In this document: positions 1 to 12,084 of the stretch, piece after piece
How the letters are laid out: each line of letters starts with the position of its first letter
Numbering within the stretch: the first letter of the stretch is position 1
The notes under the pieces: model-generated
Seen by the model: only the letters and a program-made list of their open reading frames with translations
Database searches by the model: none
Told to the model about the DNA's origin: nothing
From: Mobula hypostoma
Taxonomy: Eukaryota
DNA: 64,000 nucleotides
Reading direction: 5' to 3'
Assembly (NCBI RefSeq): GCF_963921235.1
Contig: NC_086109.1
Location: 9,860,001 to 9,924,000 of the forward strand
Program-made: the position numbers and the translations under genes

Positions 1-190
1 AGAGGGGGAGGGAGAACACGATATCCCAGCACCGGGTTTGAGGAATATAAAGTACTAGGGTGGTCATGCACCGCCAAGTCAGAACGGTAAAGAGAATTGG
101 AATTAAAATGATTGCTCACAGGGGCATTCCAGTTTTGGGCGTATGGGGTAGAGGTGCTCGATGAAGGGGTCCCCCAATTTACGACGGTTA
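1..190 (-). mobile_element. Penelope-like element remnant preceding the satellite head
   Basis: Similar to 8560-8690 and 17030-17155, which adjoin GIY-YIG-derived coding remnants. Confidence 0.6.
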
Positions 191-199
191 ATTAAATTA

Positions 200-1800
200 C
201 TCGTTACAGAGAGCCAGCATCAAATTATACTGGCTCTCTGTAATTCAATGGTCTGGAGTAGCATCAAGTTGTACCAGTGTTTCTAACTGAATGATCTGGA
301 GGAGCAATGAATTATACCTGCTCTCTTTATCTCCAATAGATTGGAGTGGAATTGAATTACACGAGCGCTCTGGTCTGGAATAGCGCTGGGTTATACCGGC
401 TCACTCTAATTCAATAGTCTGGAGTAGTATTGAAAGATACCGGCTCTCTGTCACTGAATACTGTGAGCGGCATTCAATTACGCCTGCTCTCTATAACTCA
501 ATCATCTGTAGTAGCCCTGAATTACACTGGCTCTCTGTAATTCAATAGAATATGCGGTATCATTGAATTAGACCAACTTTTTGCAACTCAATTATCTGGT
601 GTAGTATTGAATTAAACTCAGTGGTCTGGAATGGCATTGAGTTATACCAGCTCTCTGTAATTCAATGATCCGGAATGGCATTGAGTTATACCAGCTCTCT
701 GTAACTCAATGATCCGGAATGGCATTGAGTTATACCAGCTCTCTGTAACTCAATGATCCGGAATGGCATTGAGTTATACCAGCTGTCTGTAACTCAATGA
801 CCTGAGTAGCACTGAATTTTATTAGCCTTCTGTGACTTAATGTTCCGGAATAGCATTGATCTAAAACGGTTCTCCCTAATTTAATGGTCTGAAGTGGTGT
901 CAAATTAAAGTAACTTATTAGAATGGAGTAGCATTCAATTATACCAGCTTTCTGTAATTAAGTGGTCTGGATTGGCATTGAATTATAACAGCTCGCCATA
1001 GCTCATTGGTCTGGAGTAGCACTGAGTTATATCTGCAATTTGTAATTCAATAGTCTGCAGTAGCATTGAATTACAGGGGCTCTCGGCAACTGGACAGACT
1101 GGAGTGGCAATGAATTATAAAGGTTTTCATTAGTTCAGTGGTCTGGAGTAACATCAAGTTTACACCAGGTTGCTGTAACTCAATAGACTGGAGAAGGATT
1201 GAATTATGCCAGCGCTCTGTAACTCTAAGCTCCAGAGTAGTATTGATTTATACCGGCACTCTGTAATTCAGTTTTTTTTTAGGAGGTTTGAGTTATATCG
1301 GATCTCTGAAATTCTATGGTCCAGAGAAGCAATGAATTACAACGACTTTCTGTAACACAATGATCTGGAGCAGCATTGAAATATACAGGCTCTCTAACTC
1401 AATCGTCCAGAGTATCCTTGATTTATACTGCTCTCTGTAGCTTAATGGACAGGAGTAGCATTGAATTACACCTGCTCTCCGTAACTCAATGGTGCGGATT
1501 AGCATTGAATTATACCGGCTCTCTGCATAGAGTGGAGCTGCATTGAATTATAACGGCTCCTTGAAACTGAATGGTCCGACGTAGATTTGAATTATACCTG
1601 CGCTTTGTAACTCAATTGTCCGGAGTAACGTTGAACTATAGTGACTCTCAGTGTGTCAATAAACTGTAGCAGTATTGAATTACACAAGCTCTTGGTAACT
1701 CAATGATCCGGAGTGGTACTTAATTAAAGCCGACCTCTGAATTTCAATGACCCGGAGTGGCATTGAATTCTACCGCCTCTCTGTAACTCAATGATCCAAA
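200..1800. repeat. 44-bp tandem satellite array, block 1 (consensus ~CATTGAATTATACCAGCTCTCTGTAACTCAATGGTCTGGAGTAG)
   Basis: TTGAGTTATACCAG recurs at 637, 681, 725 and 769 (period 44); degenerate copies continue throughout the block. Confidence 0.95.
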
Positions 1801-1885
1801 GTATCATCCAACAATAAACACTAGAAGTTCTGCAGATGCTGGAAATTCTATGCAAAACACAGAAAACGCTGGAGGAATTTAGCAA

Positions 1886-3130
1886 GTTGCAATTCGCCTA
1901 TCGCCACATAGGTCTGCAGCAGACGCGGTCCCAATGGCTCCTCACGCCGTCTTATATTACCCGGACAATACAAACGCCGATGCCAAGATGCTGTTCATTG
2001 ACTATAGCTCAGCGTAGAACACCATCATTCCTACAGTCCTGATCGATAAGCTACGGTACCTGGGCGTCTATACTTCTCTCTGCAATTGGATCTTTGACTC
2101 CCTAACCAGAAAACCACAATCTGTGCTGATTGATATGTATCTCCTCGCTGACGATCAACACTGGGGCCCATTGCTCTACTCTCTCTATACCCACGACTTT
2201 GTGGCTAGGCATAGCTCAAATGCCATCTATTAATTTGCTGATGCCATTAATTTGATGCCATTATTGGCAGAATGTCAGATGCAGACGAGAGGACGTACAG
2301 GAGAGAGATATACCAGATGGTTGGGCTGTGTCGCATCAACAACTTTGTATTCAACGTCAGTAAGACCAAAGAGTTGATTGTGGATTTCAGAAAGGGTAGG
2401 ATGAGGGAACACGAACAAATCCTCATAGAGGGATTAGAAGTGGAGAAAGTGGGCAATTTTAAGTTCCCGGGTGTCAAGATCTCTGAGGATCTAACCTAGT
2501 CCCAACATATCGAGGTAGCTATAAAGATGCCAAGACAGAAGCTATATTTCATTAGGAGTTTGAGGAGTTTTTTTTTGTCACCTAAAACACTCAAAAACGT
2601 TTACAGATATACCATGCAGAGCATTCTGACAGACATCACTGTCTGGTATGGGGGGAGGGGTTGGTTACTGCACAGGATCAAAAGAAACTGTAGAAGTTGT
2701 AAAATTAGTCAGCTCCATCATGGGTACTGGTCTCTGTAGTATCCAATACATCTACAAGGATCGGTGCCTCAGAAAGGCGACGTCCATTATTAAGGACCCC
2801 ATCACCCAGGACATGCCCTCTTCTCATTGTTACCATCAGGAAGGAGGTACAGAAGCTTGAAGTCACAGATTCAGTGATTCAGGAACAGCTTCTTTCCTTC
2901 TGCCATCTGAATGCTAAATGGACATTGAACCCTTGAATACTACCTCACGTTTTAAATTATTTCTGTTTTTGCTCTATTTTTAATTTATCTACTTAATATA
3001 TGTACGTATATATACTTAATGTAATTTACTTATTTTCTCTGTATTATCATGTACTGCAGTGTATTGCTGCCACTAAGCTAACAAATTTCACGACATATAC
3101 CAGTGTTATTAAACATGATTCTGATTCCAA
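1886..3130 (+). mobile_element. Rex1/Babar-type LINE 3' fragment (degenerate RT C-terminus + 3' UTR) inserted into a Penelope remnant
   Basis: Broken ORFs contain NVSKTKELIVDFRKG, FKFPGVKISEDLT and QKLYFIRSLR. The host repeat stops at ~1885 and resumes at 3131. Confidence 0.85.
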
Positions 3131-3790
3131 AGTCAGGCAGTATCTATGGAAATGAATAAGCAGTCAACATTTTGGGCTGAGACAAAATGGAAAGGACTGG
3201 AAAGGAAGGGGGAAAACATCAGTATAAACGGCTGGGTGGAGGGGATAAGAAAGTGATAAGAGAAGCCAAGTTGGTAGGAAGGAGTCTGATAGCGGAGGAG
3301 AGTGCACAATCTGAGAAAAGGAAGGAGATAACCAAGGAAGAGCTGATAGGCAGCTGACAAGATGTAAGAGGCCAGAGTGGGGATTAGAAGAATAGGGGAC
3401 GTGAAGGGACTTCTTTTAACTGAAAGGAGAAATTGATATTCATGCCATCAGGTTGGAGGGTACCCTGATAGAATATGAGGTGTTGCTCCTCGGAAGGAGG
3501 AAGACGCCAGAGTAATAAGGTGGGGTGAGAGGAATAAGGATAACTAGAATTGATAGGTGAAGCCAGGAGGATCAGGAAAGTAGATGGCTGGAGAACAAGG
3601 AATCTGATAGGAGAGGAGCGTGGACCATAGAAGAGAGGGAAGGAGGAGGGCACCCAGGGGGATGAAGTAGATAGCTAAGAAGCCAAATTGTGGAATACAG
3701 AAAGAGTGGTGGGAGAGGGGGAAATAGATATTCATACCATCAGGTTGGAGGCTACCCAGAGGGAATATAAAGTGCTGGTGATGAAGTTGG
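3131..3790 (-). mobile_element. Penelope-like element remnant (pseudo-LTR part + two GIY-YIG C-terminal fragments)
   Basis: Minus ORFs carry EEQHLIFYQGTLQPDGMNINFS and HFIFPLGSLQPDGMNIYF; the start of this element lies at 1815-1885. Confidence 0.75.
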
Positions 3791-3802
3791 TAAGATAATA
3801 AG

Positions 3803-4848
3803 ACCATAAGATATACAAACAGAATTAGGCCATTTGGTTCACCTCATCGAGTCTGTTCCATCATTTCATCGTGACTGATCTATTTTCCCACTCAGCCCCA
3901 ATCTCCTGCCTTCTCCTTTTGCCCTGACTAATTAAGAATCTATCAATCTCTGCCTTAAATATACCCAATGACTTGGCCTCTACAGCCACCTGTGGCAACA
4001 AATTCCATAGATTCACCACTCTCTGATTTAAGAAATTTCTCCTTGTATCCATTCTAAAAGGCTACCCCTCTATTCTGAGGCTCTGTCCTCTGGTCTTCGA
4101 CTCTCCCACCATAGGAAACAACCTCTCCACATCTACAGTATTGAAACATTTCAGCATTTGATAGGTTGTAGTGTGGACACCCCTCATTCTTTTGAATTCC
4201 AGTAAGTACAGGCCCAGAGCCATCAAATGCTCTTCATATGACAAGCTTTTCAATCTCAGAATCATTTTTGTGAACCTCCTTTGAATTCCCTCTGACATCA
4301 CCACATCCTTTCTTAGATAAGGGGACCAAAACTGCTCACAATACTTCAAGCGAGGGCTCATCTGTGCCTTATAAAGCCTCGACATTACATCCTTGCTTTT
4401 ATTTTCTAGTCCTCTTGAAATGAATGCCAACATCACATTTGCCTCCTCAGATAGACTCAACCTGCAAATTAACCTGTAAGGAATCCAGCACAAGGGTTCC
4501 CAAGTCCCTCTGTACCTCAGAGTCTTTAATTTTCTCTCCATTTAGAAAACAGTTTACCCTTCTATTTCTTCTACCAAAGTGCATGACCACATGCTTCCTG
4601 ACACTATTCCATCTGTCACTTAGTTGCCCATTCTCCTAATCTGTCTAAATCTTTCTGTAGCCTCTCTACTTCCTCAAAACTACCTATTCCTCCACCTATC
4701 TTTGTATCGTCCACATACTTGGCACAAGTCCATCAATTCCATCATCCAAATTATTGACATTTAATGTAAAAAGAAGTGGTCCCAACAGAGGCCCCTTAGA
4801 AGACCACTAGTCACCGGCAGCCAGCCAGAAAAGGCTCCCTTTATTCTC
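3803..4848 (-). mobile_element. CR1 LINE, 5'-truncated and degenerate
   Basis: ORFs 4062-4541 and 3861-4052 (LKYCEQFWSPYLRKD, QRRFTKMI, QRVVNLWNLLP); CATAAGA tail at ~3805. Confidence 0.92.
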
Positions 4849-4864
4849 AGTTAACTTAAACTGC

Positions 4865-5352
4865 TCATTACAAAGAGCTAGCATCAAATTATACTGGCCC
4901 TCTGTAATTCAATGGGCTGTAGTATCATCAAATTATACCAATCCCTGTAACTCAATTATCTGGATTAGTATTGAATTACACCAGCTCTCTGCAAATCAAA
5001 AGTCTGGAGTAGTATTGAACTATATCAGCTACCTGTAGCTCATGGTCCTGAATCGCATTGACTTATACCACCCCTTTGTAACTCAAAGGCTCAGAGTATC
5101 ATTTAATTCATCTCTCTCTCTGTAATTCAGTGCTCTGTTGTAGCATTGAATTATACCAGCTCTCTGTAACTCAATAGTTCTGGATTTGCATCAAGTTACA
5201 CCAGCTCTCTGTGATACACTGTTCCAGAGTGCTATTGAATTATACTTCCTCTCTGTAAATCATTTGTCTTGAGCAGCATCAAATTATACCTCCTCTCCCT
5301 AACTCAATTGTCTGGAGTAGCATTGAATTATACTGGCTGTCTGTAGCTCAAT
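4865..5352. repeat. 44-bp satellite array, block 2
   Basis: Same unit as block 1; begins with the same head sequence. Confidence 0.92.
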
Positions 5353-5354
5353 AA

Positions 5355-5407
5355 AAACTCCAGAAATTCTGCTGATGCTGGAAATCCAAAGCAACATACG
5401 CGTGCGT

Positions 5408-5440
<33 letters not shown>

Positions 5441-5702
5441 AAATGCTAGAGGAAATTAGCAGGTCAGGAGTATCAATGGAAATGAAGAAAAGGTCAATGT
5501 TTCAGGACTGGAAAGAAAGGGGGAATATGCCAGAATGAAAATGTGAAGGGAGGGGAAGGGGGATAGCTTGAAGCTGATAGGTGAAGCCAGGTGGGTAGGA
5601 CAGGTAAAGGGCAGCATGGAATGAATCTGATAGGAAAGGAGAATGGACTATTAGAGAAAGGGAAGGAGAAGGGGAACCAGTAGGAGTAGTGATAGGCAGC
5701 TG
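5355..5702 (-). mobile_element. Penelope-like pseudo-LTR remnant (continues at 8386-8690) with an expanded (CG/TG/CA)n tract
   Basis: TCTGCTGATGCTGGAAATCCAAAGCAACA...GCAGGTCAGG motif shared with other copies; alternating purine-pyrimidine tract at 5398-5440. Confidence 0.7.
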
Positions 5703-5715
5703 ATAGATAGATAGA

Positions 5716-8047
5716 TCATAAGATCATAAGACAAAGCAGAAGTAGGCCATTCGGCCCATCGAGTCTGCTCCGCCATTTTATCATAAGCTGATCCATTTTC
5801 CTATTTAGTCCCACACCCCCGCCTTCTCACCATAACCTTTGATGCCCTGGCTACTCAGATACCTATCAATCTCTGCCTTAAATACACCCAATGACTTGGC
5901 CTCCACTGCTGCCCGTGGCAACAAATTCCATAGATTCACCACCCTCTGACTAAAAAAATTTCTTCACATTTCTGTTCTGAAAGGGCGCCCTTCAATCCTT
6001 AAGTCATGCCCTCTCGTACTAGACTCCCCCATCATGGGAAACAACTTTGCCACATCCACTCTGTCCACGCCTTTTAACATTTGAAATGTTTCTATGAGGT
6101 CTCCCCTCATTCTTCTAAACTCCAAGGAACACAGTCCAAGAGCGGACAAACGTTCCTCATATATTAACCCTCTCATTCCCGGAATCATTCCAGTGAATCT
6201 TCTCTGTACCCTCTCCAACGTCAGCACATCCTTTCTTAAATAAGGAGCCCAAAACTGCCCACAGTACTCCAAGTGAGGTCTCACCAGCGCCTTATAGAGC
6301 CTCAACATCACATCCCTGCTCCTATACTCTATTCCTCTAGAAATGAATGCCAACATTGCATTCGCCTTCTTCACTACTGACTCAACCTGGAGGTTAACTT
6401 TAAGGGTATCCTGTACGAGGACTCCCAAATCCCGTTGCATCTCAGAACTTTGGATTCTTTCCCCATTTAAATAATAGTCTGCCCGTTTATTTTTTCTGCC
6501 AAAGTGCATAACCATACATTTTCCAACATTGTACTTCATTTGCCACTTCTCTGCCCATTCTTCCAATCTATCCAAGTCTCTCTGCAGACTCTCTGTTTCC
6601 TCAGCACTATCGGCCCCTCCACCTATCTTCTTATCGTCAGCAAACTTAGCCACAAAGCCATCTATTCCATAATCCAAATCATTGATGTACAATGTAAAAA
6701 GAAGCAGCCCCAACACTGATCCCTGTGGAACACCACTGGTAACCGGCAGCCAACCAGAATAGGATCCCTTTATTCCCACTCTCTGTTTCCTGCCAATCAG
6801 CCAATGCTCCATCCACGTATGTAACTTTCCTGTAATTCCATGGGCTCTTATCTTGTTAAGTAGCCTCATGTGTGGCACCTTGTCAAAGGCCTTCTGAAAA
6901 TCCAAATATACAACATCCACTGCATCTCCCTTGTCTAGCCTACTGGTAATTTCCTCAAAAAATTGTAATAGGTTTGTCAGGCAGAATTTTCCTTTAAGGA
7001 ATCCATGCTGAGTTCTGCCTATCTTGTCATATGCCTCCAGGTACTCTGTAACCTCATCCTTGACAATCGACTCCAACAACTTCCCAACCACCGATGTCAA
7101 GCTAACAGGTCTATAATTTCCTTTTTGCTTCCTTGCCCCCTTCTTAAATAGCGGAGTGACATTTGCAATCTTCCAGTCTTCCGGAACCATGCCAGAATCT
7201 ATCGACTTTTGAAAGATCATCGCTAATGCCTCCGTAATCTCCACAGCTACTTCTTTCAGAACACGAGGGTGCATTCCATCTGGTCCAGGAGATTTATCTA
7301 CCTTTAGCCTTTTCAGCTTCCTGAGTACTTTCTCTGTCGTAATTGTGACTGCGCACACTTCTCTTCCCTGCCACCCTTGAGTGTCCGGTATACTGCTGAT
7401 GTCTTCCTCAGTGAAGACTGATGCAAAATACTCATTCAGTTCCTCCGCCATCTCCTTATCTCCCATTACAATTTCTCCAGCATCATTTTCTATCGGTCCT
7501 ATATCTACTCTCACCTGTCTTTTACTCTTTATATACTTGAAAAAGCTTTTAGTATCCTCTTTGATATTATTTGCTAGCTTCCTTTCATAGTTAATCTTTT
7601 CTCTCTTAATGACCTTCTTGGTTTTCTTTTGTAAGGTTTTAAAAACTTCCCAATCCTTTGTCTTCCCACTAATTTTTGTTTCCTTGTATACCCTCTCCTT
7701 TGCTTTAACTTTGGCTTTGACTTCTCTTGTCAACCATGGTTGCATCCTTTTTCCACTCGAAAATTTCTTCTTTTTTGGAATATACCTGTCTTGCACATTC
7801 CTCATTTCTCATATAAACTCCAGCCACTGCTGCTCTGCTGTCTTTCCCGCCAGTGTCCCTTTCCAGTCAACTTTGGCCAGTTCCTCTCTCATGCCACTGT
7901 AATTTCCTTTACTCCACTGAAATACCGACACATCAGATTTCGGCTTCTCTTTTTCTAATTTCAAAGTGAACTCAATCATGTTATGATCACTGCCTCCTAA
8001 GGGTTCCTTCACCTCAATCTCTCTAATCACCTCCGGTTCATTACACA
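5716..8047 (-). mobile_element. Young CR1 LINE, 5'-truncated within the APE domain, inserted into the (GATA)n tail of a Rex1/Babar element
   Basis: One reading frame runs from ~8045 to ~5805, broken only by two TGA stops. GATAGATAGATAGA lies on both flanks; CATAAGA tail repeats are present. Confidence 0.95.
5964..7805 (-). CDS. CR1 ORF2 reverse transcriptase region (613 aa), part of a truncated LINE
   Basis: KSPGPDG, NYRPVSLTS, QHGF, YLDFQKAFDKVPH, GVPQGSVLG, FADD and RDLGV motifs. The upstream ORF 7809-8030 is in frame and carries the APE end motif GSDHNMI. Confidence 0.93.
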   Translation of the reverse strand: MRNVQDRYIPKKKKFSSGKRMQPWLTREVKAKVKAKERVYKETKISGKTKDWEVFKTLQKKTKKVIKREKINYERKLANNIKEDTKSFFKYIKSKRQVRVDIGPIENDAGEIVMGDKEMAEELNEYFASVFTEEDISSIPDTQGWQGREVCAVTITTEKVLRKLKRLKVDKSPGPDGMHPRVLKEVAVEITEALAMIFQKSIDSGMVPEDWKIANVTPLFKKGARKQKGNYRPVSLTSVVGKLLESIVKDEVTEYLEAYDKIGRTQHGFLKGKFCLTNLLQFFEEITSRLDKGDAVDVVYLDFQKAFDKVPHMRLLNKIRAHGITGKLHTWMEHWLIGRKQRVGIKGSYSGWLPVTSGVPQGSVLGLLLFTLYINDLDYGIDGFVAKFADDKKIGGGADSAEETESLQRDLDRLEEWAEKWQMKYNVGKCMVMHFGRKNKRADYYLNGERIQSSEMQRDLGVLVQDTLKVNLQVESVVKKANAMLAFISRGIEYRSRDVMLRLYKALVRPHLEYCGQFWAPYLRKDVLTLERVQRRFTGMIPGMRGLIYEERLSALGLCSLEFRRMRGDLIETFQMLKGVDRVDVAKLFPMMGESSTRGHDLRIEGRPFRTEM

Positions 8048-8385
8048 GATAGATAGATAGACATACTTTATTGATCCCGAGGGAAATTGGGTTTCGTTAC
8101 AGTTGCACCAACCAAGAATAGAGTATAAATATAGCAATATAAAACAATAAATAATTAAATAATAATATGTAAATTATGCCAGATGAAAATAAGTCCAGGA
8201 CCAGCCTATTGGCTCAGAGTATCTGACCCTCTAAGGGAGGAGTTGTAAAGTTTGATAGCCACAGGCAGGAGTGACTTCCTATGACGCTCTGTGTTGCATC
8301 TCGGTGGAATGAGTCTCTGGCTGAATGTACTCCTGTGCCCAAGCAGTACATTATGTAGTGGATGGGAGACATTGCCCAAGATTGT
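8047..8385 (-). mobile_element. Rex1/Babar LINE 3' end with (TATC)n tail
   Basis: Nearly identical to 25261-25595. Confidence 0.88.
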
Positions 8386-8690
8386 CTGAGAAAAATTAAG
8401 AGGCTAGAGTGGGGAAAAGAAGAAGAGAGGAGGGAGAAAGAAACTTTTTTGTACTGGAAGGAGGAATCGATATTCATGCCATCAGGTTGGAGGCTATCCA
8501 GACAGAATATAATGTGTTTTTCCTCCACCCTGAAGATAACGTCATCATGCCACAAAAGCAGCACATAGACCAACATAGCAGAATGGGAATAGGAATTGGA
8601 ATTAATATGTTTTGTCACTGGGAAGTTTAGTTTTTTTGCGGATGGAGTGGAGGTTCTTGACAAAGCAGTGCCCCAATTTATGTCGGGTCA
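8386..8690 (-). mobile_element. Penelope-like GIY-YIG endonuclease C-terminal remnant
   Basis: ORF 8214-8663 contains FPVTKHINS...EEKHIIFCLDSLQPDGMNID. Confidence 0.78.
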
Positions 8691-8699
8691 TTAAATGTC

Positions 8700-10612
8700 T
8701 CATTACAGAGATCTGGCATCAATTCGTACCACTTCTCTTTAAGTCAATAGTCTGGTGTAGAATTGAATGATACCCGCTCTGTATCTCAATGGTCTGAAGT
8801 AGCATTATAGTATACCACCTCAATGTAACTCAATATTCTGGAGTGGCATCATATTTTACTAGCTCTGTGTAATTCACTTATCCAGAGTGGCATTGAATTA
8901 TACTGGCTCACGGTAACTCATTAGTCCGAATTATACCAGCTCTCTGAAACTACGTACTCTGGTGGGACATTGCTTGTTGCTTGTAACTCTTTGGGCCGGA
9001 GCAGCATTGATTTATAGTGGAAATCTGTAATTCAATAGTCTGGAGTAGTATTGAATTGTATCAGCGCCCTGTAACTCAATGATCTGGAGTAGCATAAAGG
9101 CTGTCTGTAACTCAATAATCTGGGTGGTTTTGAATTATACAGGCTCGCTGTTCCTCAGTTGACTAGAGTAGCAAAGAATAATAGCAGCTGTGTTTATCTA
9201 ATTTGCATTGAAGTATAGAGAGAGATACTATATATATCCCTACTGTAACAACGTGAGGGGGAGACCAGCAGCTCGCCGCCTCGATGTTACGCCGTGTCTC
9301 TTGTCCGAATTCCGCGACTCGCGGACCAACAGACTCTCACTCACAATCAAGGGAGAGAGAGAGATCGCTCGAGTGCAGGGGGCTTCACACAGCAGCGCAT
9401 ACCGCCTGCTGTATCGATGTTTCAATCACCCGCGAAACTTCGGTCGGCGACACCGGCGAGGAATCGGGTCGCCCACGGGGCCGCACTCCGCAGACGAACA
9501 CCTTCCAGGCCACACCTGGAGATGTTGAAACGCCGGGCCACGCGGCAATTCCAAGAACGAGAGGCCACCATCCGTGGAGAACCGTAGTCTGGAGTTGCAT
9601 TGAATTGCACCAGCTCCCTGTAATTCAACGGACCCGAGTAGTATTGAATTATACCAGCTCTCAGTAACTCGCTGGTCTGGAATGGCATCAAATTATACCT
9701 GTATTCTGTAATTCAATGATCTGAAGTAACCCCAAATTATATTGGCCGGCTCTCTGTGTTTTAGTAGACTGGAGTAGCATAGAATTATAACTGCTCTCCA
9801 TATCTTAATGGTCCGAGTATCATTCAATTACACTAGCTCTCTTTAAATAAATGATTAGAAGAAATATCGATCTATACCGCCTCACTAACTGAGTAGTCCC
9901 GAATTGCATTGACTGATACAGTCTCTTAGTAATTCAATAGTCTGAAGTAACATCAATTTATACAGGCTGTATGTACTCAATAGACTCGAGTAGCATTGAA
10001 TTATACTAGCTCTCTGGGACTCAGAATTCTGGAGTAGCATTCCATTCTACCCGCTCTCGTAACTTAATGGTCTGGAGTAGAATTGAATTATATCGGCTTT
10101 CTGTAATACAATATTCTGGAGTAGCATTCTATTATACCAGCTCTCTGTAACACAATTGTGTGGAACAGAATTTAATTATACCAGCTCTCTGTAACTTAAT
10201 GCTCTAGAGTAGTATTGAATTATACTGGCTGTCCGTAACTCAATGATCCGGTGTGGTATTGATTTATTCTAGCTCCTTATTACTCAATGGCCCAGAGCGC
10301 TTTGAATTATATCCACACTCTATAATTCAATGGTCAGAAGGAACATCGGATTCTACCAACTCTCCGTAATTCAATGGTTGCAAGCAGCATGGAATTGTAT
10401 GGGCAATGTATACTTCAATGGTCTGGAGTAGCTTTTGCAGTATACCGGATTTCTGTTATTCCAATAGTCTGGTGAACCATTGAATTATACCGGCTGTCAG
10501 TAATTCAATAGTCCGGATTAGCATTAAGTTATACTGCCCCGTGTAGTTCAATGGCCTGGTGTAGAATTTAATTATACCGGCTCTCTGAAGTTCAGTGGTC
10601 TGGACTAGCACA
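8700..10612. repeat. 44-bp satellite array, block 3 (interrupted at ~9190-9585)
   Basis: Same unit; head at ~8690-8740. Confidence 0.92.
9230..9585. other. CpG-rich insertion of unknown origin within the satellite
   Basis: Abrupt GC- and CpG-rich segment, single copy in this window, flanked by satellite units. Confidence 0.6.
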
Positions 10613-10614
10613 TT

Positions 10615-11660
10615 TTGAAAGTTCAAAGTCAAAGTAAATTTTATTATGAAAGTACGTATGTGTCACCATATACAACCCTGACATTCATTTTCCTGTGGGC
10701 AAACTCAGCAAATCTATAGAAGAGTATCTATAACACGACTACGATAGTCGATAGCAGAGGGATTTGGGGGTACATGTCCACAGATCCCTGAGAGTTGCCT
10801 CACAGGTAGATAGGGTAGTTAAGAAAGCTTATGGGGTGTTAGCTTTCATAAATCGAGGGATAGAGTTTAAGAGTCGCGATGTAATGATGCAGCTCTATAA
10901 AACTCTGGTTAGGCCACACTTGCAGTATTGTGTCCAGTTCTGGTCGCCTCACTATAGGAAGGATGTGGAAGCATTGGAAAGGGTACAGAGGAGATTTACC
11001 AGGATGCTGCCTGGTTTAGAGAGTATAGATTATGATCAGAGATTAAGGGAGCTAGGGCTTTACTCTTTGGAGAGAAGGAGGATGAGAGGAGACATGATAG
11101 AGGTGTACAAGATAATAAGAGGAATAGATAGAGTGGATAGCCAGCGCCTCTTCCCCAGGGCACCACTGCTCAATACAAGGGGACATGGCTTTAAGGTAAG
11201 AGGTGGAAAGTTCAAGGGGGATATAAGAGGAAGGTTTTTTACTCAGAGAGTGGTTGGTGCGTGGAATGCACTGCCTGAGTCAGTGGTGGAGGCAGATACA
11301 CTCATGAAGTTTAAGAGACTACTAGACAGGTATATGGAGGAATTTAAGGTGGGGGGTTATATGGGAGGCAGGGTTTGAGGGTCGGCACAACGTTGTGGGC
11401 TGAAGGGCCTGTACTGTGCTGTACTATTCTATGTTCTGTGTTCTATGTTCTAGGGTCAATGAAAGATCAACCAGAGTGCAGAAGACAGCAGACTGTGCAA
11501 ATGAAAAGAAAAGTGAATAGCAATAATTAACGAGAACATGAGGTAATGAGGTAAAGAGTCCTTGAAAGTGAGATCATTGTTTGTGGTAGCATTTCAATGA
11601 TGGGGTAAGTGAGCCTGATTGTTGAGGAGCAGTAATGGTTCTTGAATCTGGTGGTGGAAG
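10615..11660 (-). mobile_element. LINE (Rex1/Babar-like) 3' UTR remnant, split by a CR1 insertion
   Basis: GTTCAAAGTCAAAGTAAATTTTATT tail; similar to 17665-18020 and 42700-43150. Confidence 0.7.
10748..11452 (+). mobile_element. Young 5'-truncated CR1 LINE with intact ORF2 C-terminus (10764-11378) and (GTTCTAT)n tail
   Basis: LVRPHLQYCVQFWSPHYRKD, VQRRFTRMLPG and FFTQRVVGAWNALP motifs; same family as 30505-30845. Confidence 0.95.
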
Positions 11661-12042
11661 CTCTCAATAACATTACAGTCCAGAGTAGTATTAAATTATA
11701 CTGGCTTTCTGCAACTCAGTGGTCCAGAATAGTACTGAATTACACCGGATGCCTGTAACTCAACATTTCAGAGTAGCGTTGAATTATACTGTCTCTCTGT
11801 TACTCAATAGTCAGGAGTAGCATTGAATTATATTGCCTCTCTGTCATTCTACAGTCTGGAGTAACATTGAATGATACCAGGAATGTGTTATTCAATACAC
11901 TGGAATAGCCTTGAATTATACCAATCTCTGTAATTCAGTGGTTCAGATTAGCCTCAGGTTACACTGGCTCTCTGTAAATAAATGGTACAGATTAGCATTG
12001 AATTGTACTGACTCTCCGGAACTAATGTTCTAGAACAGCAAA
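11660..12042. repeat. 44-bp satellite array, block 4
   Basis: Same unit. Confidence 0.9.
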
Positions 12043-12084
12043 AAAATTATGGGCAAAGAAATGGCAGATGTCTGGAAATGTATG

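Noticed and set aside
9208..9691. Five overlapping ORFs as real genes
   Set aside because: Stop-codon scarcity follows from high GC; there are no recognisable domains and the frames run into satellite.
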